Assembly: GCA_031459535.1 (NCBI GenBank)
Contig: JAVKIJ010000018.1
Location: forward strand, 1-42,393
Reading direction: 5' to 3'
Origin: Candidatus Fervidifonticultor quintus
GTDB lineage: Bacteria > Sysuimicrobiota > Sysuimicrobiia > Sysuimicrobiales > Humicultoraceae
DNA: 42,393 nucleotides
In this document: one piece after another, positions 15,743 to 23,359 of the stretch
Position numbering within the stretch: the stretch's first letter is position 1
How the letters are laid out: each line of letters opens with the position of its first letter
Notes under the pieces: generated by a model
What the model was told of the DNA's origin: nothing
Database searches by the model: none
Seen by the model: only the letters and a program-made list of their open reading frames with translations
Translations under genes and position numbers: made by a program

Positions 15743-16182
15743 TCTAGTCTCAGCGCACGCCCGCGGGCACGGAGGATGTGGACGTCCCCCGCACCGACCA
15801 GGGCCTTGAGAGCCGTCCCGCCCAGCGCGACCACGACCTTGGGCTGGAGCGTGCGAATGCACTCCAGCAGGAGTCCCCGGCAGCAGTGGACCTCGTGCAT
15901 GGTCGGCGTGCGGTTCTGCGGGGCCGCGCACTGAACCGCGTTGGCCAGCGCCACGTCGGTTTCTGTAAACCCGGCTCGTCGTAGAAGCTCCCGAAGCAGT
16001 TGACCGGCCGGGCCCGTGAACGGACGCCCGCTCCTGCGGTCTTCGTCCTGGCCCGGCCGCTCCCCGACAACGAGCGCGAGCCCGGTCCACCCGTCGGGGA
16101 TCTCCGGCCCCATGAACGGGCGCTGGCAACGCCGCCAGGCCCCGCATTCCTGGCACTCGGGGCGGTGTTCGGCTCCCCGCAT
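15739..16182 (-). CDS. Family-4 uracil-DNA glycosylase, N-terminal fragment (lacks the HPA motif)
   Basis: CQEC...C Fe-S ligands, VVGERPGQDEDRRSGRPFTGPAGQLL, NAVQC, PKVVVALGGTA; ends at RARGRALRLE*. Confidence 0.88.
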   Translation of the reverse strand: MRGAEHRPECQECGAWRRCQRPFMGPEIPDGWTGLALVVGERPGQDEDRRSGRPFTGPAGQLLRELLRRAGFTETDVALANAVQCAAPQNRTPTMHEVHCCRGLLLECIRTLQPKVVVALGGTALKALVGAGDVHILRARGRALRLE

Positions 16183-16186
16183 GGGC

Positions 16187-16339
16187 TTATGATACCTCAG
16201 CCCGCTTCGGGGAGTAGAGCACCACCGCGGCGCGGTGGCCTCGGTGGTTCTCCAGCAGCTTGAGTCCAACGGCCAGGCTAGCCGCCCGGGCGTCCAGGCG
16301 GCACGTCCTACAGACGAGACGGACGCGCTTCTTCAGCAT
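16187..16339 (-). CDS. Small CxxC...HxxH zinc-binding protein (not in ORF track)
   Basis: MLKKRVRLVCRTCRLDARAASLAVGLKLLENHRGHRAAVVLYSPKRAEVS; AGGAGG RBS. Confidence 0.65.
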   Translation of the reverse strand: MLKKRVRLVCRTCRLDARAASLAVGLKLLENHRGHRAAVVLYSPKRAEVS

Positions 16340-16349
16340 CGCACCCTCC

Positions 16350-16529
16350 TCACAACTCGCACCCGCCGAGACTCACGGCGACCGTGGCCGCGTCGGGTGG
16401 AACCTCGAACGCTGCGACGATGACACGGCGCTCCGGGGTCACGTGGAGTGTGGCGTCAATGTGGCCGAGCTGGTAGAGCGTGCCTATGCGCTTGTACCAT
16501 TCGAAGACCACGTGGCCTCCGGCGGTCAT
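16350..16529 (-). CDS. H-H-C micro-paralogue 13
   Basis: HVVFEW...ATLHVT...VAVSLGGC; ATGA overlap and GGAGGTG RBS. Confidence 0.7.
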   Translation of the reverse strand: MTAGGHVVFEWYKRIGTLYQLGHIDATLHVTPERRVIVAAFEVPPDAATVAVSLGGCEL

Positions 16530-16708
16530 CGTATACACCTCCGGCCCTGTATGATCAGTTGAATGAGGCGCACGTCGCCCGGTAGAAAGGCTGGAGCCGA
16601 CACCACGAGCCGGCGCGGGGACGGGCTGTGAAGGTGCACCTCGACACCCGGCCTCTCGGTCACGAAGCCTAGGTGCATCGGATGCATCGTCTGTGCCTTC
16701 GGTTTCAC
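16526..16708 (-). CDS. H-H-C micro-paralogue 14
   Basis: HLGFV...VHLHSP...IQLIIQGRRC. Confidence 0.7.
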   Translation of the reverse strand: MKPKAQTMHPMHLGFVTERPGVEVHLHSPSPRRLVVSAPAFLPGDVRLIQLIIQGRRCIR

Positions 16709-16723
16709 GGTTCTGTCACCTCC

Positions 16724-16912
16724 TCACACCCACCAGTTAGTGCACGGCGCCACTATGACCTCGACGAGCGCGTCGTCGGCCGGCAGCAGCGGCGGGCTGG
16801 CCGCAGTGATCTTCAGGTGCAGGCCAGGCGCGGTGTGGAGCGTCGGGTCCACCAGCCACGCGAGGGCGCTGAACACCAGGTGCTTAGCTGACAGACGATC
16901 AACGCCCGCCAT
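16724..16912 (-). CDS. H-H-C micro-paralogue 15
   Basis: HLVFS...PTLHTA...VEVIVAPC. Confidence 0.7.
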   Translation of the reverse strand: MAGVDRLSAKHLVFSALAWLVDPTLHTAPGLHLKITAASPPLLPADDALVEVIVAPCTNWWV

Positions 16913-17066
16913 AGGTATGGCACCATCCGATGTAGACAACGATAGGTTGAGGCGCGTCCCGCCCGGCATTCCTGCTCCACACCCACACCCTGTCGTGTGT
17001 GTAGTGGAGTGACGCAAACAGCCCTGGGTGCTCGAAGCAGAGGTGTCGGTAGCGTGTCCTACTCAT
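16899..17066 (-). CDS. H-H-C micro-paralogue 16 (not in ORF track)
   Basis: MSRTRYRHLCFEHPGLFASLHYTHDRVWVWSRNAGRDAPQPIVVYIGWCHTYGGR. Confidence 0.75.
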   Translation of the reverse strand: MSRTRYRHLCFEHPGLFASLHYTHDRVWVWSRNAGRDAPQPIVVYIGWCHTYGGR

Positions 17067-17069
17067 GAG

Positions 17070-17222
17070 TCACCAGGCGCACCGCCCGACCACCACGGCG
17101 ATGCGCGCGCCGCGGGCGAATCGGCGCGCGGACTTCTCCACATGCAGCCCGCCCCCGGGGCAGTGGAGCGACACCCCCCGGGTTCCCTGGCTTGCGTCAA
17201 CGAAGTAGATATGGAGGCTCAT
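17070..17222 (-). CDS. H-H-C micro-paralogue 17
   Basis: HIYFV...VSLHCP...IAVVVGRC; ATGA overlap. Confidence 0.75.
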   Translation of the reverse strand: MSLHIYFVDASQGTRGVSLHCPGGGLHVEKSARRFARGARIAVVVGRCAW

Positions 17223-17413
17223 ACCTCGACGAGGCCTGCCACGCACGGTTCCACGTAGACGCGGATCTCCTGCTGTGGCCGCCACCGGTGAACGCCGTTC
17301 CACACGCGCAGGCGCTCAGGGAAGCAGTGGAGCGACGCGCTTTGCACGTCGTCCTCGAAGTAGAGATGCCGGTTACGCCAGCGTGAGTTCGACCGCGACG
17401 ACCTGGCCACCAC
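17219..17413 (-). CDS. H-H-C micro-paralogue 18 (start uncertain)
   Basis: HLYFE...ASLHCF...IRVYVEPC. Confidence 0.75.
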   Translation of the reverse strand: MVARSSRSNSRWRNRHLYFEDDVQSASLHCFPERLRVWNGVHRWRPQQEIRVYVEPCVAGLVEV

Positions 17414-17744
17414 GTTCCCACCCTCCCGCGAGGAACCGGCCCTGGTCTGTCCGACCCAGCCAGCCCTCCACGGCTCCGTGGACCTGGAGCCCGCTGACGA
17501 ACAGCGGGCAGTTCTCCGCCGCGTGGAAGAGGTGGGCGTTGGCGTGGTTCAGCTCTGCCGACGCCCACAACCCGTGTCGGAGCGGGACCCGGAACTCCCC
17601 CGGCCGCGTCTTCCAGGTCTTCGTGGCCCCGGCTCGCCGCCAGGCCTCGATCTGGTGCTGGGCCCCGCCGCGCGGGCCGACGTCCACGCGGCACCGCCCG
17701 TAGTGGAACGTGTGGGCGCGGAGCGCCTCCTCCAGCGTCACCAT
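17373..17744 (-). CDS. Hypothetical phage protein
   Basis: WRRAGATKTWKTRPGEFRVPLRHGL motif; RBS supplied by the 42-bp repeat. Confidence 0.7.
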   Translation of the reverse strand: MVTLEEALRAHTFHYGRCRVDVGPRGGAQHQIEAWRRAGATKTWKTRPGEFRVPLRHGLWASAELNHANAHLFHAAENCPLFVSGLQVHGAVEGWLGRTDQGRFLAGGWERGGQVVAVELTLA

Positions 17745-17830
17745 CGCCTACACCTCCGGCTGATAGGAGTCGGGTGTGTAGGTCATCGTCTACACCTCCG
17801 GCTGATCTGAGTCGGGTGTGTAGATCATCG
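17742..17830 (-). repeat. Two tandem copies of a 42-bp unit, each encoding a 12-aa mini-ORF
   Basis: 17742-17783 and 17784-17825; minus-strand ORFs MIYTPDSDQPEV* (17790-17828) and MTYTPDSYQPEV* (17748-17786). Confidence 0.9.
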
Positions 17831-17832
17831 TG

Positions 17833-18036
17833 TCACCCTACCCACAAGCTGTCACCCACAGGCCGGAGCCCCCGAAGGAGCTCGTGGAGCCGCTCTGTCG
17901 GTACGACGCGGGTGACGTGGGTGGTGCCACGCTCCCCAGGCTCGCGCCGCCACAGCGTGACGGCGCGGAGATCCGACCGGCCCGGCACCGGCCGGATCCA
18001 CACAGCACGTTGCAGGCATGGCGTGGTAAGCTTCAT
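17833..18036 (-). CDS. Hypothetical protein
   Basis: MKLTTPCLQRAVWIRPV...; ATGA overlap with the upstream stop. Confidence 0.6.
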   Translation of the reverse strand: MKLTTPCLQRAVWIRPVPGRSDLRAVTLWRREPGERGTTHVTRVVPTERLHELLRGLRPVGDSLWVG

Positions 18037-18356
18037 TGACGGTCTTCCTCCTTCCACGCCTCGAGGAGCGCCTCGAGGCTGACGGTTGGGTGATGGGCCG
18101 CGAAATGTGACCAGGCGTAGAGCGGGCCGTACGCCCGCACGTACGCCCGGTACGTAGCGACGAGCTCACGACGGTTCATCGGTACCTCCTTTCCCCGGCG
18201 CGGCGGCGTCGGGCTGTGGGGCGGGAAGCCTAAGCACGCCCCGTCTACACTGAACCTCACGCGGACGGCCCGACCACACTTCGGGCAGACCGCGAACTCC
18301 CCGGGGTCGACCCCGTAAGGGATCCCACCGCGGCCTGGCGCGCACCGTCTAGCCAT
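18033..18356 (-). CDS. Hypothetical protein (CPKC in N-half; internal RBS plus ATG at 18179)
   Basis: Single frame containing a second AGGAGG-ATG start (MNRRELVATY...). Confidence 0.55.
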   Translation of the reverse strand: MARRCAPGRGGIPYGVDPGEFAVCPKCGRAVRVRFSVDGACLGFPPHSPTPPRRGKEVPMNRRELVATYRAYVRAYGPLYAWSHFAAHHPTVSLEALLEAWKEEDRQ

Positions 18357-18669
18357 CGCCTTCTCCTCGCAAGAGCCGCTGGGCCCGACAGGCCCAGCAG
18401 GTCACTTCCTTCCCCACGCACAGGCACGGCGTGCCGGCGAGCTCGCGGACGAAGCGCCGGAACGCCCGAAGCTGCCGGCTGCCCTGCCCCGTGAAGAAGG
18501 CACGGACGTGTTGCCACTGCTCGCCCTCCACCACAGGCATCGGTGCCCCGTCCACGTCGTGGAGCTCGCTGGCGGCAACCTCCAGCACCTCGAGCAGGTA
18601 GTGCTCGAGGTCCATCCCACGGCGGTGGGCGTCAGCCCACAGGCGGCGGATCACGGGCGGGATCTTCAT
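18349..18669 (-). CDS. Hypothetical protein with C-terminal Cys cluster
   Basis: CLC...CWAC; RBS supplied by the third 42-bp repeat. Confidence 0.65.
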   Translation of the reverse strand: MKIPPVIRRLWADAHRRGMDLEHYLLEVLEVAASELHDVDGAPMPVVEGEQWQHVRAFFTGQGSRQLRAFRRFVRELAGTPCLCVGKEVTCWACRAQRLLRGEGDG

Positions 18670-18713
18670 CGCCTACACCTCCGGCTGATAGGAGTCGGGT
18701 GTGTAGATCATCG
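18667..18713 (-). repeat. Third copy of the 42-bp mini-ORF unit
   Basis: catcgcctacacctccggctgataggagtcgggtgtgtagatcatcg; ORF MIYTPDSYQPEV* at 18673-18711. Confidence 0.9.
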
Positions 18714-18908
18714 CGGAGCCCCCGCTCTGAGGACCGTCAGCGCCGCACGCAGCTCACGCCGGGCGTCGCGCAGCCTCACAGAGACGTCGCTCAGTGGACC
18801 GCGCGGTAAACGGGCTTGTTGCCGCATCTGCTCGACTTCCTCGCTGATCCGCTGCGCCAGCTCAGCGACGTCCGCTGTGGTGTTGATAAGCTCCTCAACA
18901 AGATTCAT
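18708..18908 (-). CDS. Small coiled-coil protein
   Basis: Heptad-like VAELAQRISEEVEQMRQQ; GGAGGTG RBS. Confidence 0.65.
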   Translation of the reverse strand: MNLVEELINTTADVAELAQRISEEVEQMRQQARLPRGPLSDVSVRLRDARRELRAALTVLRAGAPR

Positions 18909-19488
18909 CCAGCCACCTCCCTAGCAGCCGCGCCCGGACATCCACCGGGACCGCGGCCAGGTCTTTGTAGGGGTACACGGTCACCAGCCGGGCCAGCGGC
19001 AGCGCGTGGAGCACGGACCGCGCCAGCTCGGCGGTGTCCGTGTCCACGACCACTACGACCCGGCCCACCGCCCGCGCGCGCAGCGCGGTCAGCGCCTCCC
19101 GGTTGACGGCCGTCCCCATGGTCGCGATGCCTAGGGCGCCGGCCATCGCCGCAGCCAGCGCGTCCAGCGGCCCTTCCACCACGCACGTTAGCCGGATCGG
19201 CGTGGTGGGGGCGACTACGACCAGGGCCGGTCCGCGCTCGGTGGCCGCGCTGACGTACCGAGGCTCCTGGCCGGCCAACGCCCGGGCCTGCCAGTAGCCC
19301 GGGACCGTGGTCGGGATCACGAGCCGCAGCCCGTCCCGGCACTGGGCCGCGTACCAGCCGTGATCCCGGGCCAGCTCCGGATCGAGACCGCGCTTGCGGA
19401 GGTAGGCTCGGGCCTCCTCCCAAGCGGCCGGGTCGCGCCGCGGGGTCGCACGACGACGCTCAATGGGCGGGTAAGGCCGCACCATCAC
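18895..19488 (-). CDS. DnaG-like primase (Toprim), without N-terminal Zn finger
   Basis: AYLRKRGL, RLVIP, YWQAR, PRY, VVEGPLDALA, ATMGT, VVVVDTD, YKDL. Confidence 0.8.
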   Translation of the reverse strand: MMVRPYPPIERRRATPRRDPAAWEEARAYLRKRGLDPELARDHGWYAAQCRDGLRLVIPTTVPGYWQARALAGQEPRYVSAATERGPALVVVAPTTPIRLTCVVEGPLDALAAAMAGALGIATMGTAVNREALTALRARAVGRVVVVVDTDTAELARSVLHALPLARLVTVYPYKDLAAVPVDVRARLLGRWLDESC

Positions 19489-20627
19489 GACCGATACACG
19501 AACCGAAGGTTCTTCTTCTGGAGATCTGTGTAGATCTCCTGAGCCTTTTGGCGGAGACGCTCCAACGTCTCCGCGTTGAACTCTGGAGCGTCAACGAAGT
19601 CCTGTAGCTCGGCCCCCAGCATCAGCACGGCTAGGACCGCCAACGTCTTCTCGTTCGTGGGGTCCTCCCGCATCATGGTGTAGAGGCGCTCCGGCAGCGC
19701 GGCACGGAGCGCTTCATCACGCTGCCAGAGCAGGCGAGGCAGCAGGTCCAGTAACTGCCCAGCCGAGGCAACGCGGAGCGCCGCCTCCCAAACGTCACTC
19801 GTGGTGACCGAGCTCTGCAGCCGCTTCACCACCTCGGCGACCACGTTGTCCGGGAAGAGAGCCCGGACTAACACCTCTTGGTGCCACTTCGAGAAGACGA
19901 GGTCCGGCCGGCGCTGGATCCACCGGCCGAGGTAGGCGAAGGTGCGCTTCGAGACCACCCGGGCCGGCCGCCGAGCCGGGCGGCTCCCGACGAGCCCCTC
20001 TGCCAACCACTTGAGCGTGGGGAGAGACTCCTCGACGTCCGCCTGCTCCCGCCCTGGCTCCGGGTAGTTGAACCAGAGCATGCGGTTGACGACGAAGTCC
20101 GGCAGGGGCCGGACAAACTCGTTGGCTAGGGCGAGCATTCGGACGCCCGGTTGGAGCCGGTGCCCGTGACATTCCCTTGACGTACACAGGGAGGCGATGG
20201 GTGTGATCACCTCCCCCTCGGCCTTGTCGAACTCATCCAAGACCCACAAGACCGGATCGTCTTGGTTGTCCGACCAAGGCCAGCCCGGCGGGCGCGAGTA
20301 GGAGGTAACGAGCGCTTCACGGCGGCGGCGGTCCTGTTGCCGCCAGGGCGGGACCAGGACCCCGCCCAGCTCCCACCAGGGCAGGGATTCGAGGATCGTC
20401 ACCTGGAGCCGCCAGCCCAGCTCGTGAGCGAGCTCCTCGGCCAGGTGGTTCTTGCCCACCCCGACATCCCCCAGGAGCAGGGGGATGCCAAGATCCTGGC
20501 CCGGCCCGCCGTCGATCAAGGCTGCCCGGACCAGGTCCTTGATCACCTGACGGTAGGGCGGCCGGGGCTCTTCCGGCGCCGCGGCCGCCTCGGTGGGCTT
20601 CTCGCTCTCAGCTTTCTTCTTACCCAT
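19485..20627 (-). CDS. MoxR-like AAA+ ATPase
   Basis: Walker A GDVGVGKN, Walker B VLDEFDKA, LALAN, NRM arginine finger; adjacent to a VWA gene. Confidence 0.85.
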   Translation of the reverse strand: MGKKKAESEKPTEAAAAPEEPRPPYRQVIKDLVRAALIDGGPGQDLGIPLLLGDVGVGKNHLAEELAHELGWRLQVTILESLPWWELGGVLVPPWRQQDRRRREALVTSYSRPPGWPWSDNQDDPVLWVLDEFDKAEGEVITPIASLCTSRECHGHRLQPGVRMLALANEFVRPLPDFVVNRMLWFNYPEPGREQADVEESLPTLKWLAEGLVGSRPARRPARVVSKRTFAYLGRWIQRRPDLVFSKWHQEVLVRALFPDNVVAEVVKRLQSSVTTSDVWEAALRVASAGQLLDLLPRLLWQRDEALRAALPERLYTMMREDPTNEKTLAVLAVLMLGAELQDFVDAPEFNAETLERLRQKAQEIYTDLQKKNLRFVYRS

Positions 20628-21819
20628 CTTCCCCCTCCTTCTCGTTCTTCGCCGCCTTCCAGACAACCACCCCGGCGCTGGGCGGCGGCGTCTGCCCGTC
20701 CGGGTCGACAATCACCCACCAGTCCCCGCCCGGGTGCTCCTTAGGCCACCCGTCACCTGGGTAGCCATCGGTCACCCACACAGCGGGGACGCCCGCGCGC
20801 CGCTGCGTCGCCGGCGGCAGGAAGCACGTCCCGCCGCCGCCGATTCGTGCGATGACCTCCCGGACGGTCGAGACGTCCGAGCGGTCGACCACGACCGTGT
20901 CGGTGCTGAAGACCAGCACCCGCACACGGCGCAGCGGCTTTTCGTCCAGGGCCGCCACGGCCGCGGCGACCGCCTCGTCCGTGATCGACCCGGAGACGTC
21001 CAGGATCAGGTCGAGATCGAGGCTCTTTCTCTCGGCCCCGATCCCAAAGCAGTCGGGCAGCGCGGCGTGTTCTCGCCAGACGACCGGACGCGGCTCCCAC
21101 GCTGCGTGCCCGCGCAGCAGCCGCACCAGCACCCACACCCAGGGCGGCGGCGGGGCCTGGTCGACACCGCGGCCCCAGCCTGGATCGACCCAGGCTTGCT
21201 GTGTGAAGTGCTCGTGGGGGTAATCCCCGGCGGTGCTGGCCCGGGCGATGGCTTCGGCGAGCGCAATCACCCCGCCGGGCGAGATGTCGGGCTGCGCCCC
21301 GCAGGGGTGCGCCCCCGCGTCGCACTGGCCGAGTCCGCCACACCGCTGTGCGGCGTCGTCGTCGTTCTGCCCCGCGCCGGCACCGCAGAGTTGCGGCGGG
21401 CGGTTTCGCAGGGCGTGGTAAGCGGGGACCACGCCCATCGGCGGGAGCCCGAGCCGCTCGAAGGTGACCGACCCGGGGACGAGCTCGGGCAGGTGTGGGA
21501 GGTGGTGGTGGATCACCGCGTCGCTGGCCAGGTTGAGTGTCAGCGGATCCACCGGGCCGTCCCGGCGGAGCTTCCGGGCCAGCAGCGGGTAGCCCATGAG
21601 CCAGTGGTTGACCTCATGCTCAAGTATCCCCGCCCGGACGCGGTCGTCCCGGGCGTCCCACGACGAGCGGGGGATCCAGATCGTCTTGCTGTCGAAGTCG
21701 GTCGCGGCGGCGAAGCCGTCGACCGGCTCCGGTGTGTACTTGATCTCGAAGCCTTCTAGCGCCCGCCGGACGTACTCCGGCAAGGCGCTGGTGGGGACGA
21801 ACGGCCTTTCGACACTCAC
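20620..21819 (-). CDS. HExxH metallopeptidase plus VWA domain protein (DUF2201-like)
   Basis: AAATD, ILEHEVNH, NLASDAVI; MIDAS motif ILDVSGSI, GGGGT, VWVTDG. Confidence 0.85.
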   Translation of the reverse strand: MSVERPFVPTSALPEYVRRALEGFEIKYTPEPVDGFAAATDFDSKTIWIPRSSWDARDDRVRAGILEHEVNHWLMGYPLLARKLRRDGPVDPLTLNLASDAVIHHHLPHLPELVPGSVTFERLGLPPMGVVPAYHALRNRPPQLCGAGAGQNDDDAAQRCGGLGQCDAGAHPCGAQPDISPGGVIALAEAIARASTAGDYPHEHFTQQAWVDPGWGRGVDQAPPPPWVWVLVRLLRGHAAWEPRPVVWREHAALPDCFGIGAERKSLDLDLILDVSGSITDEAVAAAVAALDEKPLRRVRVLVFSTDTVVVDRSDVSTVREVIARIGGGGTCFLPPATQRRAGVPAVWVTDGYPGDGWPKEHPGGDWWVIVDPDGQTPPPSAGVVVWKAAKNEKEGEDG

Positions 21820-21926
21820 AATCTCACCTCCTGGTGGGGACGAGGCAATCCTCCAGCAGGACTGCAACACGGTCGGCGGGGAGGACATTCACACGGAGCT
21901 AGTCTTTCTAGTAGGAGCGGTGGTTG

Positions 21927-22160
21927 TCAAGAGGGAATTTCTCCCGGCGGCGCCTGGGCTAGGAGCTCGCCGCGGAGCGGGTCGAGCTCCGCGTCAAGCG
22001 CCGCCGTCAGCTGGGCGGCTTCTTGCAGCATCTGCTGGTAACCGCCACGGTCGCCCGTGGCGGCGGCCAGCGCCGTCGCGTAGAGCGCCGTGGACAGCGC
22101 TTGGGCGACCACGGCAGCCCTGGAAGCGGCACGGACGAGCTCTGACTCGTTCGCCGTCAT
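21927..22160 (-). CDS. Hypothetical helical protein
   Basis: Clean 77-aa ORF in the early operon. Confidence 0.6.
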   Translation of the reverse strand: MTANESELVRAASRAAVVAQALSTALYATALAAATGDRGGYQQMLQEAAQLTAALDAELDPLRGELLAQAPPGEIPS

Positions 22161-22221
22161 AGGTCACACCCCCCGTCCTTTCTGGCGGCGCCGGCCTTTC
22201 TGGCGGCGCCGGTGTCTGGAC

Positions 22222-22259
22222 AAAAAAAAAGGGGCCGTGCGCGTTTGACGCACGGCCCC
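22222..22259 (-). terminator. Rho-independent terminator
   Basis: Minus strand GGGGCCGTGCG-tcaaacg-CGCACGGCCCC followed by T9, just after the stop at 22267. Confidence 0.9.
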
Positions 22260-22266
22260 CACCGCG

Positions 22267-22725
22267 TTAGGCTACGGCCGTGGCGGCCGTAGCCGTCTCG
22301 CGGATTCGGACAAGTGCTCGAATCCTGGCCGTGGTACGGGCGTCGAGCCCCGCCCGCTTGGCGAGCGAGGCTATCGCCGCCTCAATGCGCTCCTCCGCCG
22401 ACTTGGGCGGAGGGATCAGGCCCAATGCTTCCCGGGCCTGTTTTACCACGGCCGCCCACTGGGCGCGCTCGTCCAGGCTCACGCCCCGGGCCAGGGCGTG
22501 GGCAACTACACACGCCTGCCCCCAGTTGGGGCAGGGCGTGCTGACGCCCTTCGGGACGAGTCCCAAGTCCCTAAGGGCACGGACGAGGGCCCTAGAGAAC
22601 GCCCCGCCGGGATTGACCCCGGCTAGGTCGTTCTCCGCCGCGTACGTCGACAGCGCCCGCGCCAGGCGCTCGGGCGCCCGCCGGGCGGCGGCGAGCGCCG
22701 CCCGCAGTTCCGACCTGTGATCCAT
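22267..22725 (-). CDS. First gene of the leftward arm, hypothetical
   Basis: 152-aa ORF with AAAGGGGG RBS and its own terminator. Confidence 0.7.
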   Translation of the reverse strand: MDHRSELRAALAAARRAPERLARALSTYAAENDLAGVNPGGAFSRALVRALRDLGLVPKGVSTPCPNWGQACVVAHALARGVSLDERAQWAAVVKQAREALGLIPPPKSAEERIEAAIASLAKRAGLDARTTARIRALVRIRETATAATAVA

Positions 22726-22944
22726 ACAGGAACCCCCTTTCTTTAGCGCCTAAGCATACTGCCCTCCCTATCCGGGTTGCGTTCCAGCGTCCGCGCCTAT
22801 CACCTATCCCCATCACCGGGGCAGCGCGTTCGCTGTGCCCCAACTGTCGCCTGCACCCTATGGGGAGTACTGGGGCCGGAATATCCCTAGCTAAGTCCGC
22901 GAAAAATAAGGCGAAAATAAGACTTAGCAGGTGTCGAGTACCGT

Positions 22945-23013
22945 TTGCTGAAACACGGGTTTCAGCGTGTTGCTGAAAGTGGGGTTTCAGCGAGTTGCTG
23001 AAACGCTGAAAGT
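22945..23013. repeat. 25-bp-period operator-like repeats GCTGAAA-N6-TTTCAGC
   Basis: TTGCTGAAA at 22945, 22970 and 22995; the first two are completed by TTTCAGC. Confidence 0.75.
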
Positions 23014-23271
23014 CCGGGCGTGCCACCCCAGGTACCGTGGTGTGGTCTGACCAGCAGACCAGCAGACCAGGAGAGAGGGACCGGGGGCCTGGGACACGGG
23101 GCCCCGGTTAGGTGACGGGCTGTGGCGCCGAACGACGCCGCAGGGGGGGACAAGAGGGGGGGTGACCTTCGCACCAACAGTACCAGCCGTACCAACCGTA
23201 CCAACCTCATCGACCGCACCAGACACGAGTCTGCTCCTATCCGGGCCTCACTACCGACCCGGGGGGGTCAC

Positions 23272-23300
23272 ATTATAGCCTAAAACGCTAATAAAATCAA
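23272..23300 (-). promoter_or_regulatory. Sigma70-type leftward promoter
   Basis: Minus strand TTGATT (23300-23295), 17-bp spacer, TATAAT (23277-23272) in an AT-rich patch. Confidence 0.7.
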
Positions 23301-23359
23301 CGACTTACACCCCGGGGGCTACGATGTCGGTTACACTTGGGGGTTACAACGTACAACAC

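Noticed and set aside
12926-17413. Diversity-generating retroelement or integron as the source of array diversity
   Set aside because: No reverse transcriptase, no template/variable repeat pair differing at adenines, no integrase, and genes overlap directly leaving no room for attC sites
22178-22213. 18-bp tandem duplication CCTTTCTGGCGGCGCCGG x2
   Set aside because: Real but short, intergenic and just past a terminator; no evidence of function
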